The notes: generated by a model from the letters alone, not told the origin. A stretch of DNA of 64,000 nucleotides from Candidatus Moanibacter sp. (GCA_965215885.1 CBDCEW010000083.1:6117-70116), one strand, 5' to 3'. Shown: positions 46,972-56,160, counted from the stretch's first letter. Numbers and translations: made by a program.

Positions 46972-47661
46972 ATGCGTTTATCTAATACACTCATTCGTCG
47001 ACCGATAACGGGAGCCGGTATCGCTCGCGCCGGTCTTACTCTTTTGCTCATCGCTAACGTCCTTCCGGCATCCCAACCCGAGGCGAGACCCCTACCAGAG
47101 GCCAATCCCGAACCGAATCCCGAGGATGTAATCGACCACCTTCAGTCAGGCCTCATCGAGACGATGAAAGTGGGTCACGAAATCCTCTTCCCGGGACGCT
47201 ACGAGCGGTTGGAACCAATAATTCTGGAGACTCATAAGATTCCTTATCTCGCTCGGCTAACGATCGGCCGACACTGGAGGGAGATTGGCGATGAGGAACG
47301 TGAGCAGTTTCTCGATACATTCAGCAAGTTCATCATCTCCGCTTACGCGTCACGTTTTAAGAAATTCAAAGGCGAACGCTTCGAGCCCGTAAACGAACGC
47401 GAACTTAGGAAAGGAAGAATCCTTCTCGTTACTGACCTCTACAAAGGCAATGGGGATACCCTGCGGTTCAATTACGTCCTGAGTCGATTCGACGACAAGT
47501 GGCAGATTATCAACGTCATCGTAAAAGGTATTAGCGATGTAGCTCTTAAGCGCGCAGAATTTACTTCGATTATTGAGAGAGATGGATTCCCGGCCCTTCT
47601 CAGCCATATCGAAGAAAAAGTCGAAGAAATACGCAAAACACACGAAGAAGAGGGAACTTGA
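46972..47661 (+). CDS. hpnM: MlaC/Ttg2D-family lipid-binding protein (HpnM-like)
   Basis: 229 aa with a signal-like N-terminus. LARLTIGRHWREIGDEEREQFLDTFSKFIISAYASRF is typical of MlaC/Ttg2D. Confidence 0.75.
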   Translation: MRLSNTLIRRPITGAGIARAGLTLLLIANVLPASQPEARPLPEANPEPNPEDVIDHLQSGLIETMKVGHEILFPGRYERLEPIILETHKIPYLARLTIGRHWREIGDEEREQFLDTFSKFIISAYASRFKKFKGERFEPVNERELRKGRILLVTDLYKGNGDTLRFNYVLSRFDDKWQIINVIVKGISDVALKRAEFTSIIERDGFPALLSHIEEKVEEIRKTHEEEGT

Positions 47662-47810
47662 TCCATCCCCAAATCCGGAAATTATTCAGATCTCCTGACA
47701 AACCCTTCCCTAGCGCAGCCGAGCCGCAACCAAGAAAGAAGAAGAGAACCGCAGATGTACGCAAATACCTGCTAGAAAAACATGGTTCCGCGGGATTGTA
47801 ATATAAAGGC

Positions 47811-48635
47811 ATGATGTCCGACAGGCTCTCAGTTCGCACTAAACCCGTTTATCGGAGGCGACGTAAGCTGGTCTACCTCCCCATTCTGGCCGCCTTGCTC
47901 CTTACCGGCTGCGCTACAACGGAACAGATGCGGACGGATCGCGATCCATGGCAAAATCTCAACCGCCCGATCCACAATCTAAACCATGATCTCGATACCG
48001 CGCTCTTACGCCCGGTTGCCAAAGCATACATCAAGAATGTCCCGAAACCTTTGCAGCAGGGAATAGCGAATTTCTTCCATAACCTCGGCGAACCCAATGC
48101 CGCGATTAACGACCTGCTTCAGGGTAAGTCTAAAAGCGCCGTCCGGGTCATTCTTCGTTTCATCATGAATTCCACCCTGGGTATCGGTGGAATTTTCGAT
48201 CCCGCCTCAAAAAATGGCTTGAAGCGTCACAAGGAGGATTTTGGACAAACCCTGGCGGTGTGGGGCTTGGGAGAAGGACCCTACATGGTGCTTCCCATAA
48301 TGGGGCCGACCACTCTCCGTGATATTCCTTCCCGGGTGGTCAGTTCCGCCACCAATCCCTTCACTTACGTCAAGAAGAATAAGATAAGAATTCCTATGGG
48401 AATTGTCGGCACAATCAATAAACGAGCCGAGATTGAAGGCTCCATAAAGGAAGTCGATCAGTCGGCTATGGACCGTTACATTTTTGTGAGGGAAGCCTAC
48501 CGTGATACGCGTCAGTTCAACATCTACGATGGTGACCCGCCTATCGAATTGTTCCTCGGAGACGACATGTTTCTCGACGATGAAGAATTCCTCGATGAGG
48601 ACAATGATTCAGGGAACGAGGCCGCTCCGGAATAA
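47811..48635 (+). CDS. mlaA: MlaA/VacJ-family outer-membrane lipoprotein
   Basis: 274 aa with lipobox LLLTGCAT. DPWQNLNRPIHNLNHDLD, ANFFHNLGEP and LGIGGIFDPA match the VacJ pattern. Confidence 0.85.
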   Translation: MMSDRLSVRTKPVYRRRRKLVYLPILAALLLTGCATTEQMRTDRDPWQNLNRPIHNLNHDLDTALLRPVAKAYIKNVPKPLQQGIANFFHNLGEPNAAINDLLQGKSKSAVRVILRFIMNSTLGIGGIFDPASKNGLKRHKEDFGQTLAVWGLGEGPYMVLPIMGPTTLRDIPSRVVSSATNPFTYVKKNKIRIPMGIVGTINKRAEIEGSIKEVDQSAMDRYIFVREAYRDTRQFNIYDGDPPIELFLGDDMFLDDEEFLDEDNDSGNEAAPE

Positions 48636-48711
48636 ATAGAATAGCGAGCCAAGAGCCTATCGGACCAACCGCAAATCAGGAAACAACTCCTTACAAGTCT
48701 AAATCTGTAAT

Positions 48712-48742
48712 GTCATTGCGAGGAAGAATGACGAAGCAATCC
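48712..48742. repeat. Family-B 31-bp module, solitary copy
   Basis: GTCATTGCGAGGAAGAATGACGAAGCAATCC. Confidence 0.8.
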
Positions 48743-48811
48743 AGAACAGATTTCTAGCCCCCTTTTCGTCAGCAGGTATGCGTGCCGGACTTTGCCGTCA
48801 GGCTCGAATGG

Positions 48812-48976
48812 CACTAACTTAAGGCAAGAATCGCTCGCAACGGTCTTCGTCCTGCTGCGCGAACTGCGCCCAGTCAAGAGCGAGCTTCCTACGACGAACG
48901 TCAGTCTTTGTAAGAAGGCCGCTTGCGGCCGAATCGGGAACTTCGGCGATCACCGTAACGATTCCTTAAGTTAGTG
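48812..48976. repeat. Family-H MITE-like element, full copy
   Basis: A perfect 13-bp TIR: CACTAACTTAAGG (48812-48824) pairs with CCTTAAGTTAGTG (48964-48976). The core is shared with 14497-14606. Confidence 0.65.
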
Positions 48977-49149
48977 GCGTTCCCATCAGGCTCCTGTACA
49001 AAATCGCTGAGCAATTTCCATTGTCAATATAAGTCCTGGTGATTAGCCTCAGGCTGCAGTTGGGCGGCTAAAACCCCATCAAAGTTAGTTGGAGAAGGCT
49101 TTCTTCCAATTCCATTGAGTCCCCGCTCTGCCGCTCGGCAGAGCGACTA

Positions 49150-49335
49150 GCCCGGACATTTCACACACTTCGTAGCGAGACTGCGTAGGTTGCTGCGTAT
49201 CAAAGCCTTTTCGCAGGACGGCGGGCGAAAGTGTGTTGGAACCCCCTGAGGTCGACGTGCAAGGAAAGGCTTTGAGACGCAGTGAGATCCGCGGTCGTAG
49301 TAGAAGGTTTGCGATATGTTCGGGCTATGAATATG
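49150..49335. repeat. Family-C MITE-like element, copy 2
   Basis: GCCCGGACATTTCACACAC ... GCGATATGTTCGGGC. It aligns with 35137-35311. Confidence 0.8.
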
Positions 49336-49421
49336 TCGGTGGACGATCCCCCCGAAATGCACATTCACACCCAAATGACACAATACTTCTGCACATACCG
49401 AAACCCAAAACCGACAGATTC

Positions 49422-49814
49422 CTAAAGGTGGCCTAACTCTTCACTCTCCCGCTTTATCGTCTCTGCCTCTTCTCGACGCTCCGAATCCTTCTTATTCATC
49501 CACGTCTGCCACGATCTCCCATCCGCGGTATCCTTACCCGTGAAAGCGATCGTTCGAATATCGCTGTAGAGTATTTTCAGCGGCTCATCGCTCCCTCTGA
49601 TCAGCATCTCCACGCAGGGAGGAGCACCGGAACTGTTACGGTTGTATAGATAGCCTTCCACCGTTTTCCCATCGTCAAGGCCGATCGTCACATCTCCCCG
49701 GTAATCAAAGGACTCTTCTATCGCTTCGGCCCGCTCCGCTTCATTCCGGGGAACGAACTCCATTCCTTGAAGATCCTTCGAACTTTTGGGAGTCGTCTTT
49801 ACTTCAGAGGGCAT
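49422..49814 (-). CDS. Hypothetical protein translationally coupled to hpnH
   Basis: 130-aa ORF whose ATG (49814-49812) overlaps the hpnH TGA (49816-49814) as ATGA. No family was recognised. Confidence 0.55.
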   Translation of the reverse strand: MPSEVKTTPKSSKDLQGMEFVPRNEAERAEAIEESFDYRGDVTIGLDDGKTVEGYLYNRNSSGAPPCVEMLIRGSDEPLKILYSDIRTIAFTGKDTADGRSWQTWMNKKDSERREEAETIKRESEELGHL

Positions 49815-50851
49815 CAGCTCCCCGACCCGTTGGACCCTCCGAACAGAGCCAGCTTAACGGTGGTGAAAAATCCGCCCAGGGAACCGAAGGTTGCATCGAC
49901 CGCGGAGGCCTCATAGCCACTGTGTACCATACAGTCGGCGCACTTGGGATTGCCGCTCCGATGTCCATAATTGGCCCATTTCGTCTCCTCCATCAGCTCC
50001 TCGAAGGTCCTCGCATAACCGTCCTGCAGAAGATAGCATGGTCTCTGCCAACCGAAGATATTGTAGGTCGGGTTCCCCCACGGCGTGCAATCGAATTCGA
50101 TCTTGCCTTGCAGGAACTCGAGAAAGAGCGGTGAGAGATTGAACCTCCAGGTTCGCTTCGGATTCTCCAGAATTGACCGAAACAGACTCTTCGTGCTCTC
50201 GCGGGCGAGAAAGCTATCCTGATCCGGAGCCTTCTCGTAACTGTATCCGGGCGAGAGCATCATCCCTTCCACCCCAAATTCCATCATCTCATCAAAGAAC
50301 GCCCGCACCCGTTCCGGATCAGCGCCTTGGAACAATGTCATGTTGGTTGTTACCCGGAAGCCCCGCTCAATCGCTTCCTTCATTGCCTTTGTCGCGATCT
50401 CAAACACGCCGTCGCGGCAAACCGCAAAGTCGTGTTCCTCCTCCAGTCCATCAAGGTGGACACTGAATGTCAGGTACTTCGACGGCTTGAAGCGATCCAT
50501 CTTCTTTGACAGGACCAGGGCGTTCGTGCAGAGGTAGATATACTTCCTGCGTTCAACCAGACCCTCCACGATCTCACCGATTTCCGGGTGGAGGAGAGGC
50601 TCACCCCCCGGGAGGCTCACCATGGGAGCCCCGCACTCTTCCACCGCATCAAAACACTGCTCGGGAGACAGCCGCCGATTCAAAATATGCGCGGGGTACT
50701 GGATCTTCCCGCAACCGGCACACGCCAGGTTGCAACGGAAGAGTGGCTCCAGCATCAGCACCAGGGGATAGCGCCTACGCCCCCGCAGCTTCTGCGAAAT
50801 TACATACGACGCCACTGTCCACGCCTGAGAAACTGGAATCATCGCCTGCAT
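49814..50851 (-). CDS. hpnH: Adenosyl-hopene transferase (radical SAM)
   Basis: 345 aa with the CNLACAGC (CX3CX2C) motif near the N-terminus. The C-terminal region has additional Cys ([11 protein letters not shown]) typical of HpnH. Confidence 0.9.
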   Translation of the reverse strand: MQAMIPVSQAWTVASYVISQKLRGRRRYPLVLMLEPLFRCNLACAGCGKIQYPAHILNRRLSPEQCFDAVEECGAPMVSLPGGEPLLHPEIGEIVEGLVERRKYIYLCTNALVLSKKMDRFKPSKYLTFSVHLDGLEEEHDFAVCRDGVFEIATKAMKEAIERGFRVTTNMTLFQGADPERVRAFFDEMMEFGVEGMMLSPGYSYEKAPDQDSFLARESTKSLFRSILENPKRTWRFNLSPLFLEFLQGKIEFDCTPWGNPTYNIFGWQRPCYLLQDGYARTFEELMEETKWANYGHRSGNPKCADCMVHSGYEASAVDATFGSLGGFFTTVKLALFGGSNGSGS

Positions 50852-51056
50852 TATCCGATCAGTCGTCCCGCATTTACTTTAGCGGGCAAAATACACCGCA
50901 GTTAAGCGATGTCAACCGCTCTATCGCAACCCGTTCTTGGCACGCCATAGCCCCCAGGGCGACGGCGGCTCGCGCTATTTCGCCACCAATAGACAGGTAC
51001 CCTCATTGGGAAAAAAGAATTGAACAGAAGAAAACAGAGAGAAAGAGGAAAGAATT

Positions 51057-51668
51057 CTCACGCAACGGTCTTCGACCCGCAAGCGGGACTACGCCCTGTC
51101 ATGAAGCCGCAAAGTCGCAAAGGGGAAAGAGGAAGAGAGAACCATTTGAGGTAATACTGCCTGAGGTTTCTGGCAATCCCGTCCTTCCCGATCTCCCTGT
51201 GACCACATCCGTGAGCAATAAATTTCCGAGATCGAATTTCTACAGGAATATTGGGAATACCAGAAAGGGGAAGGGAGCTTTGCTTTCTCCTCGAGCCGGG
51301 ATTGGAGTTTGAATCAATCCGCGGTTTTCTCGAATCCGCGGTAAACCCTCACTCTCCCCATCCGTTGCTGTCCTTTCATCTGCTGCTACACCTCTTCCTT
51401 TCGCGTCTTTTCGCGTCTTTATCGGGCAATCCTGCGGGCACCTCCACTCTCCCCATCCGTTGTACATCCTCCATAGCTTTAGCGTAGGAGGGCCGTCCTT
51501 TTCCCGGCTTGCCGGGACTGCCAAATCTCCCTAGTCGCGTCCATCTGCGTTGTCTGCCGTACGGCAGACCGGTTCTCTCCCTTCCTGTCTTTTCGGCGCC
51601 CTATTTGCGTCTTAGCGGCTTCATGACAGGGCGTAGTCCCGCTTGCGGGTCGAAGACCGTTGCGTGAG
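51057..51668. repeat. Perfect 54-bp inverted repeats enclosing 504 bp
   Basis: 51057-51110 (CTCACGCAACGGTCTTCGACCCGCAAGCGGGACTACGCCCTGTCATGAAGCCGC) is the exact reverse complement of 51615-51668. Imperfect complementarity continues about 45 bp inward. Confidence 0.9.
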
Positions 51669-52196
51669 GCTACTCACACTCTCTCTTCTGGATCCCTGGC
51701 TCGCCACAATTCCGCGAAGCGGGTACGCGGGCACCTCAACTTTCCCCATCCGTTGTACATCCTCCATAGCTCTAGCGTAGGAGGGCCGTCCTTTCATCCG
51801 CTACTACACCTCTTCCTTTCGCGTGCTTAGCCGGCACCTCCATTTTCCCCATTCGTTGCCCTCCTTGGCTCGGCGTAGCATGCGTAGACGGCTCCTTCAT
51901 TCGTTGCTAAACCTCCCCGATTCGAGCCTTTTTCACGTCTTTCGCCCGCTTATTTCACACAATTCAGAAGCGTGGATGGCAAGGCCCGAGCGAAATTCCG
52001 TGCGGGCGCGCACTACTGTGCGTAACCGCGTGGGATTTTCGCGAGAACGCAGCCACGCCGCGCTTGTGGATGTGAGCCTTGGCGCAAACTCGAACGAATA
52101 CAGGCTGTATTTAGCCCCGTAATCGCAACGAATTCTTTTTCATCTACTTAACTCCGTTTGCGCCAAAGCGATGAAATATGCGGGACCGCGGCACCC

Positions 52197-52307
52197 TCAC
52201 CTGTTCAAGAATCGCCCCATCCAAAACATCAGAAAGCCGGCCGTCGTCGAAACCGCTACCGCGATAAAGAAAAATGCAATGACTTTTGCCACAATTATTC
52301 CAACCAT
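52197..52307 (-). CDS. Candidate 36-aa hydrophobic peptide
   Basis: MVGIIVAKVIAFFFIAVAVSTTAGFLMFWMGRFLNR, with GGAAAGGAAG 5 nt upstream of the ATG. It has one predicted TM helix. It is below the ORF-track length cut-off and was found by reading the minus strand. Confidence 0.3.
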   Translation of the reverse strand: MVGIIVAKVIAFFFIAVAVSTTAGFLMFWMGRFLNR

Positions 52308-52486
52308 GATGTCTTCCTTTCCGATCTCGATGCTCAACGCTTGTTCTGGGGTGAATGCGCGCACTTCCTACCCACAAAAATTCCGCAATCTCCGTTTACG
52401 TTGTTGGAGAAGTGATCGCCCCGCTTATTCCGAAAAAATCATTCTGAAATTGCCCACTCAGCGTAGCGGAACGCGGAAGCGTTGTA

Positions 52487-52726
52487 CGTGTTTAGCGCGA
52501 TGGCTTATGGTTTTAAAGTTCTTGCAGATTTATTCGCCGTTCGGGGTCATGACCTTAAGAAGTTGCTGTTTTTCCGCTTCGCTGAGGGGGTCAGGCCTTA
52601 CAAACCGCCCTTCGCAGGCTCAGGGCAATTTGTTAAGGCAGCTGACCCCGAAAAACAGACACTTCTAAGGCTTGACCCCTTGCTTCCAACATCGAACTAA
52701 GGCATTTGCCATCACGCTAAACACGT
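52487..52726. repeat. Family-D MITE-like element, copy 2
   Basis: CGTGTTTAGCGCGATGG ... CCATCACGCTAAACACG. It aligns with 46696-46934 along its length. Flanks show only a degenerate repeat (CGGAAGCGTT / CGGAGCGTT). Confidence 0.75.
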
Positions 52727-53283
52727 ACGGAGCGTTTCGTTTACACAGAAGAATATTTCACAGAAGGGAACAAAGAGAGAAGAAGAGAAAACCCTACAGG
52801 AAAAAACTGAGGAAAGGGAGGAGGGGAAAGAGCGAGGGTCCTCTTTCGGATCACTTAGGCATGAGGGCGCCAGCCCGAATTGCCACCGGTTAATTGTTCG
52901 AAGTTTCCGGGCTCATTACGCCAGATGTTAGCAGCGGATGAAAGCACCGCAACGGATAAGGATCAAGGACTCCCTTCCTATTCCCAATCGCAGTTACTAT
53001 CGCGAAGCCGAGGACCTCACCCTTTCTCCCCCATCCGTTGCAATTCTTTCATCCGCTGCCATTTCTCTTCTCCCCGAATTGGAAAGCGATTCGGCTACAA
53101 TCTTCAACGGTTCCTGCAACTGGACCGCTTTCGGTTCAGCACTCCCTCCGGATAGAGTCCAACCAAACAAGATTTCACAGAAGGGAACGGAGAGAGATGA
53201 TGGAGAAGAGGAGGAAAGAGGGTTGAAAGAATTACGGTAGCCGTTCGAAACTACGTTAAATAGGGCGCCGACAATAATGAAGA

Positions 53284-53547
53284 ATGAACATGGGAAGCAA
53301 TAAACCAATGAAAGAACAGACACCAAGAACGATGATTGAGCTGGCAGATTCCCTGAAATCGGAAACGAGCAAGGGTTGGTGGTCGCAGGAATTGCTGGAG
53401 CAATACTGCGAGCCGCTAAAGGAACTCTCCAATACCGAACTCGTAACCCTCTTTGAGAAAACCGGGATCGCCAATCCGATCGCGATTGAGATGGCCAGGC
53501 GGCTCAGAGGTAAACCGTATGGTCTCGTTGAGCCGGAGCGTGAATGA
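53284..53547 (+). CDS. Hypothetical small protein
   Basis: 87-aa ORF with no clear RBS and no recognised motif. Confidence 0.3.
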   Translation: MNMGSNKPMKEQTPRTMIELADSLKSETSKGWWSQELLEQYCEPLKELSNTELVTLFEKTGIANPIAIEMARRLRGKPYGLVEPERE

Positions 53548-53841
53548 AATCGATGTCGGGTTCATTGTTTAGGCCGAAGTTGGGGATCGTTTGGAGGAAG
53601 GTGAAGCCAAGCCAACGTAGCCAGCGGATGTGGAGGGTGTTGCGTGGGTCGGCGACGTTGTAGAGAAGTGGGAAGTCGCCGCCGTGGAGAGTGTCGACCC
53701 AGTCAGATGAATGGCGGAGGAATTTGTATTTGAGGTCGAGGAGAGCGGGTGAATTGCGGAACTATGCGAATCCGACGAACGAGCCGACAGAAGAGGTCAT
53801 TGTCGACCTTTCGCCCAACCTTTACCAACCGAACCAAGCCC

Positions 53842-54822
53842 CTATCCCTCGCTCGCCTCTCCCGCTAGAAAATCCTTGCCCAGCGCCTGGAAAACGAACT
53901 CCGCGTTGCTCCGGGCGTCCTCAGCTTCGTCTTCTGTATAAGGCCGTTCCGCATAAAATGCAGGGGCCCGCTCCTCTGCGAGGGATGAAGAGATTTCTTG
54001 AATGCGAACCACCGTTTCCGAAGACAGCTTCACGTTCCGCTCCTCGCAGATTTGGTCGAGCAGGGCGGAGGGATCGTGGACTCTGGGATATTCGTAGCCG
54101 TTTTTCTTGATGAACCCCTTTATTGCGAGTTCAACGATCTCATGAGATCGCGGCACAACCAATCGATAGTTTCGCGCACCAAGTGCTGATGACACATCCT
54201 TTTCGAAGATCAGTCGGGCCTCTTCGAATAGAGCGACGGCCGTTTCTTCGCTGTTCATAAAATGACCGCCCCCTTGTGCTTTCCCATTAGGGTTTAAGTC
54301 CCAGTACCACGTGCCGTCTTCGAGAGAGATTCTCTTCGAGCCGAGCTCTTCGAGGCGAATGCACATTTCAGCTTTCAGGTCCGCGAAAAAGCCATTTCGA
54401 TCGAAAAGAACGATTCCATCTTCTAGAATATCGAGAAAGACGTACGGTTTCTCCTCTGACTCGGACTTGCTCAAGATCACTGAGCTTATGTGAGGAAAGG
54501 CAAAGATGTCGCCTTTTACTCCTTCTTCACTCCACCCTGCCAAAAAGCGTTTTCGTAGGCCCACAAAACGATCCCGGAATTCGGTGTGAGAAAGGCAGCT
54601 CTCATCATGGATCAAGAGAAGATCGATATCACTCTCTTCCCTTTCCGATCTTCTCGCCACCGAGCCAAATAGCACGACAGAGACTATGCCGGAGCCAAAT
54701 GACTCAAGGAGCAGCGGAACAAAATCTACCAAGAGCTCTTGGTAGGCTGGATTAATGCCGCTCTCTGACAACACGTCCTTGGCCATTCTGACAGGTTCAG
54801 ATTGCACACTATTCAGATTCAT
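53842..54822 (-). CDS. Fused minimal nucleotidyltransferase (Pol-beta type) and HEPN-like domain protein
   Basis: 326 aa. The N-terminal part has LFGSVARRSEREESDIDLLLI (the GS...DxD NTase motif). The C-terminal helical region of about 130 aa has PRSHEIVELAIKGFI and ERAPAFYAERPYTEDEAEDA, resembling HEPN (KNTase-type architecture). Confidence 0.75.
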   Translation of the reverse strand: MNLNSVQSEPVRMAKDVLSESGINPAYQELLVDFVPLLLESFGSGIVSVVLFGSVARRSEREESDIDLLLIHDESCLSHTEFRDRFVGLRKRFLAGWSEEGVKGDIFAFPHISSVILSKSESEEKPYVFLDILEDGIVLFDRNGFFADLKAEMCIRLEELGSKRISLEDGTWYWDLNPNGKAQGGGHFMNSEETAVALFEEARLIFEKDVSSALGARNYRLVVPRSHEIVELAIKGFIKKNGYEYPRVHDPSALLDQICEERNVKLSSETVVRIQEISSSLAEERAPAFYAERPYTEDEAEDARSNAEFVFQALGKDFLAGEASEG

Positions 54823-55080
54823 TCACCCTCCCGTGAATGTCAAACCGCCGAAAGGACACGTTTTCTCGAAAAAAAATCTCTCACCCGAAAATATAACCTG
54901 TTGCTGTTGAAAGAAAATTGATCCGTTCCTCCGAAGAAAAGCCTCGCCTTGAAAATTTTAATGGACCACAGATTGAATTTTTAATAAGGAAGGAAGGAAA
55001 GCCCTTCGACTACGCTCAGATCAGGCAGGAAATTGCCCATGGACATCCATAAGGCATTGATACTAAACTCGATAGAAGAG

Positions 55081-55444
55081 AGACCACGGATTTCCTAGCG
55101 CAGCAAAGGCGCAACCAAAACAAACGCAGGAATAGAAAAGAAACCACGGATGACACGGATTCCACGGATAGAGATTGCTTTGGAAGGAGGAGAGCAGAAT
55201 TCGCTTTACTCGCGCACGAGAGTGAGGGAACGGGTTAGACAGGAATCGGCAAGAGCCGGCCGGCTTTTGCCGATTCCTGTCTAACCCGTTCAGGTGCGTC
55301 TTCACGCTAAGCGAATTTTGCTCTCTTCCTTCCAATCCCACATCCATTGGCCTGTATAATCCTCTTTTACACATTACACTTTCTGCATATTGAGTACTTC
55401 CCAACTAACCTGTCATCCGTGATGATCCGTGTCATCCGTGGTTC
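55081..55444 (-). repeat. Family-A composite repeat, copy A2, with a nested ~170-bp palindrome
   Basis: The ends are the reverse complement of A1 (…CATCCGTGGTTC at 55444, CCACGGATTTCCTAGCGCAGCAAAGGCGCAACCAAAA at 55083). The core palindrome is 55228-55252 / 55267-55291 (25-bp perfect arms), extending imperfectly from about 55170 to 55340. Confidence 0.75.
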
Positions 55445-55947
55445 TCTTTCTTAGAGATCCTCAATTATCTATCGAATTCAAAACCAATACCTTATGTGTA
55501 TCCGTGGAGAAAAACCTGCTAAAGAAACAAGGTTCTGCCGGATTGTAATACGGATCGACACGGATAAGAAAAACCATCCGAGGCATTGGCAATGTTTCGC
55601 CAAAGCCACGTGTCGGCAAAACGCTAAAAAGAAGGCAACGAGTCGAAGGTTCGCACGTTTCTACAGCCGCCCTTTCCCACAATCTAAATTCCCATCCGTG
55701 CCCATCCGCGAAATCTCGTAGAGTCTGCCGTACGGCAGATCCGCGGTCAAGATGATCCCAATCGACCTCCCTTCGAAAGATGTTTCCTGGTCCCGGCAAG
55801 TCGGGAACACAGGATGAAAAAATCCGCGGTTTTCCCTGGCACGGCGCAGCGGAACGGAGACGGCTCGAATCCGTGGTAAATTCTTCTTCATTCGACTCCG
55901 TATTACAATCCGGCAGAATCTTGTTTTTCTAGCAAGTTTCTGCGTAG

Positions 55948-56160
55948 AAGAGGTTGGTATTCAATAAACTGCAGTCGACAAGGTTTGGGATCCCGCTCAG
56001 CGGGATTCGCGACCCGTCGACGCTCTGCTTTGCCGAGGCATGCAAGGTTACCCAAGGCAAGCAGGAGTTTCCTTCTTCATTCGCGTCCATTCGCGTGCAT
56101 CTGCGGTTCTCTTCCTCTTTTTTGGTTGCGGCTTTGCTGCGCTAGGCAACTCTGTGGTTC
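55948..56160 (+). repeat. Family-A repeat, copy A3 (right part only)
   Basis: AAGAGGTTGGTATTCAATAAACTGCAGTCGACAAGGTT ... TTGGTTGCGGCTTTGCTGCGCTAGG aligns with 2940-3097 and 57930-58173. Confidence 0.75.

Larger units (their letters stand above)
50900..53250. repeat. ORF-poor mosaic of interspersed and inverted repeats
   Basis: No convincing long ORF is present. It contains the 54-bp IR pair, several CCCCATCCGTTG-containing units (51351, 51443, 51738, 51838, 53020), a family-D copy and the 17-bp direct repeat ATTTCACAGAAGGGAAC at 52755 and 53172. Confidence 0.7.

Noticed and set aside
50506-51312. 268-aa plus-strand ORF spanning the hpnH 5' part and the repeat region
   Set aside because: It is antisense to hpnH for half its length and then runs through repeat DNA. 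The sequence is Pro/Arg/Ser-rich.
51300-51950. Possible CRISPR array suggested by recurring CCCCATCCGTTG-containing units
   Set aside because: The units differ in length and sequence, the spacing is irregular and some copies are inverted. The same pieces occur dispersed elsewhere (53020). No cas genes are in the window.
53506-53765. ~85-codon open frame on the minus strand (…DWVDTLHGGDFPLLYNVADPRNTLHIRWLRWLGFTFLQTIPNFG…) downstream of the NTase-HEPN gene
   Set aside because: There is no ATG/GTG/TTG start after the upstream stop, and it overlaps the end of ORF 53284..53547. It is probably a gene fragment, and the family was not recognised.
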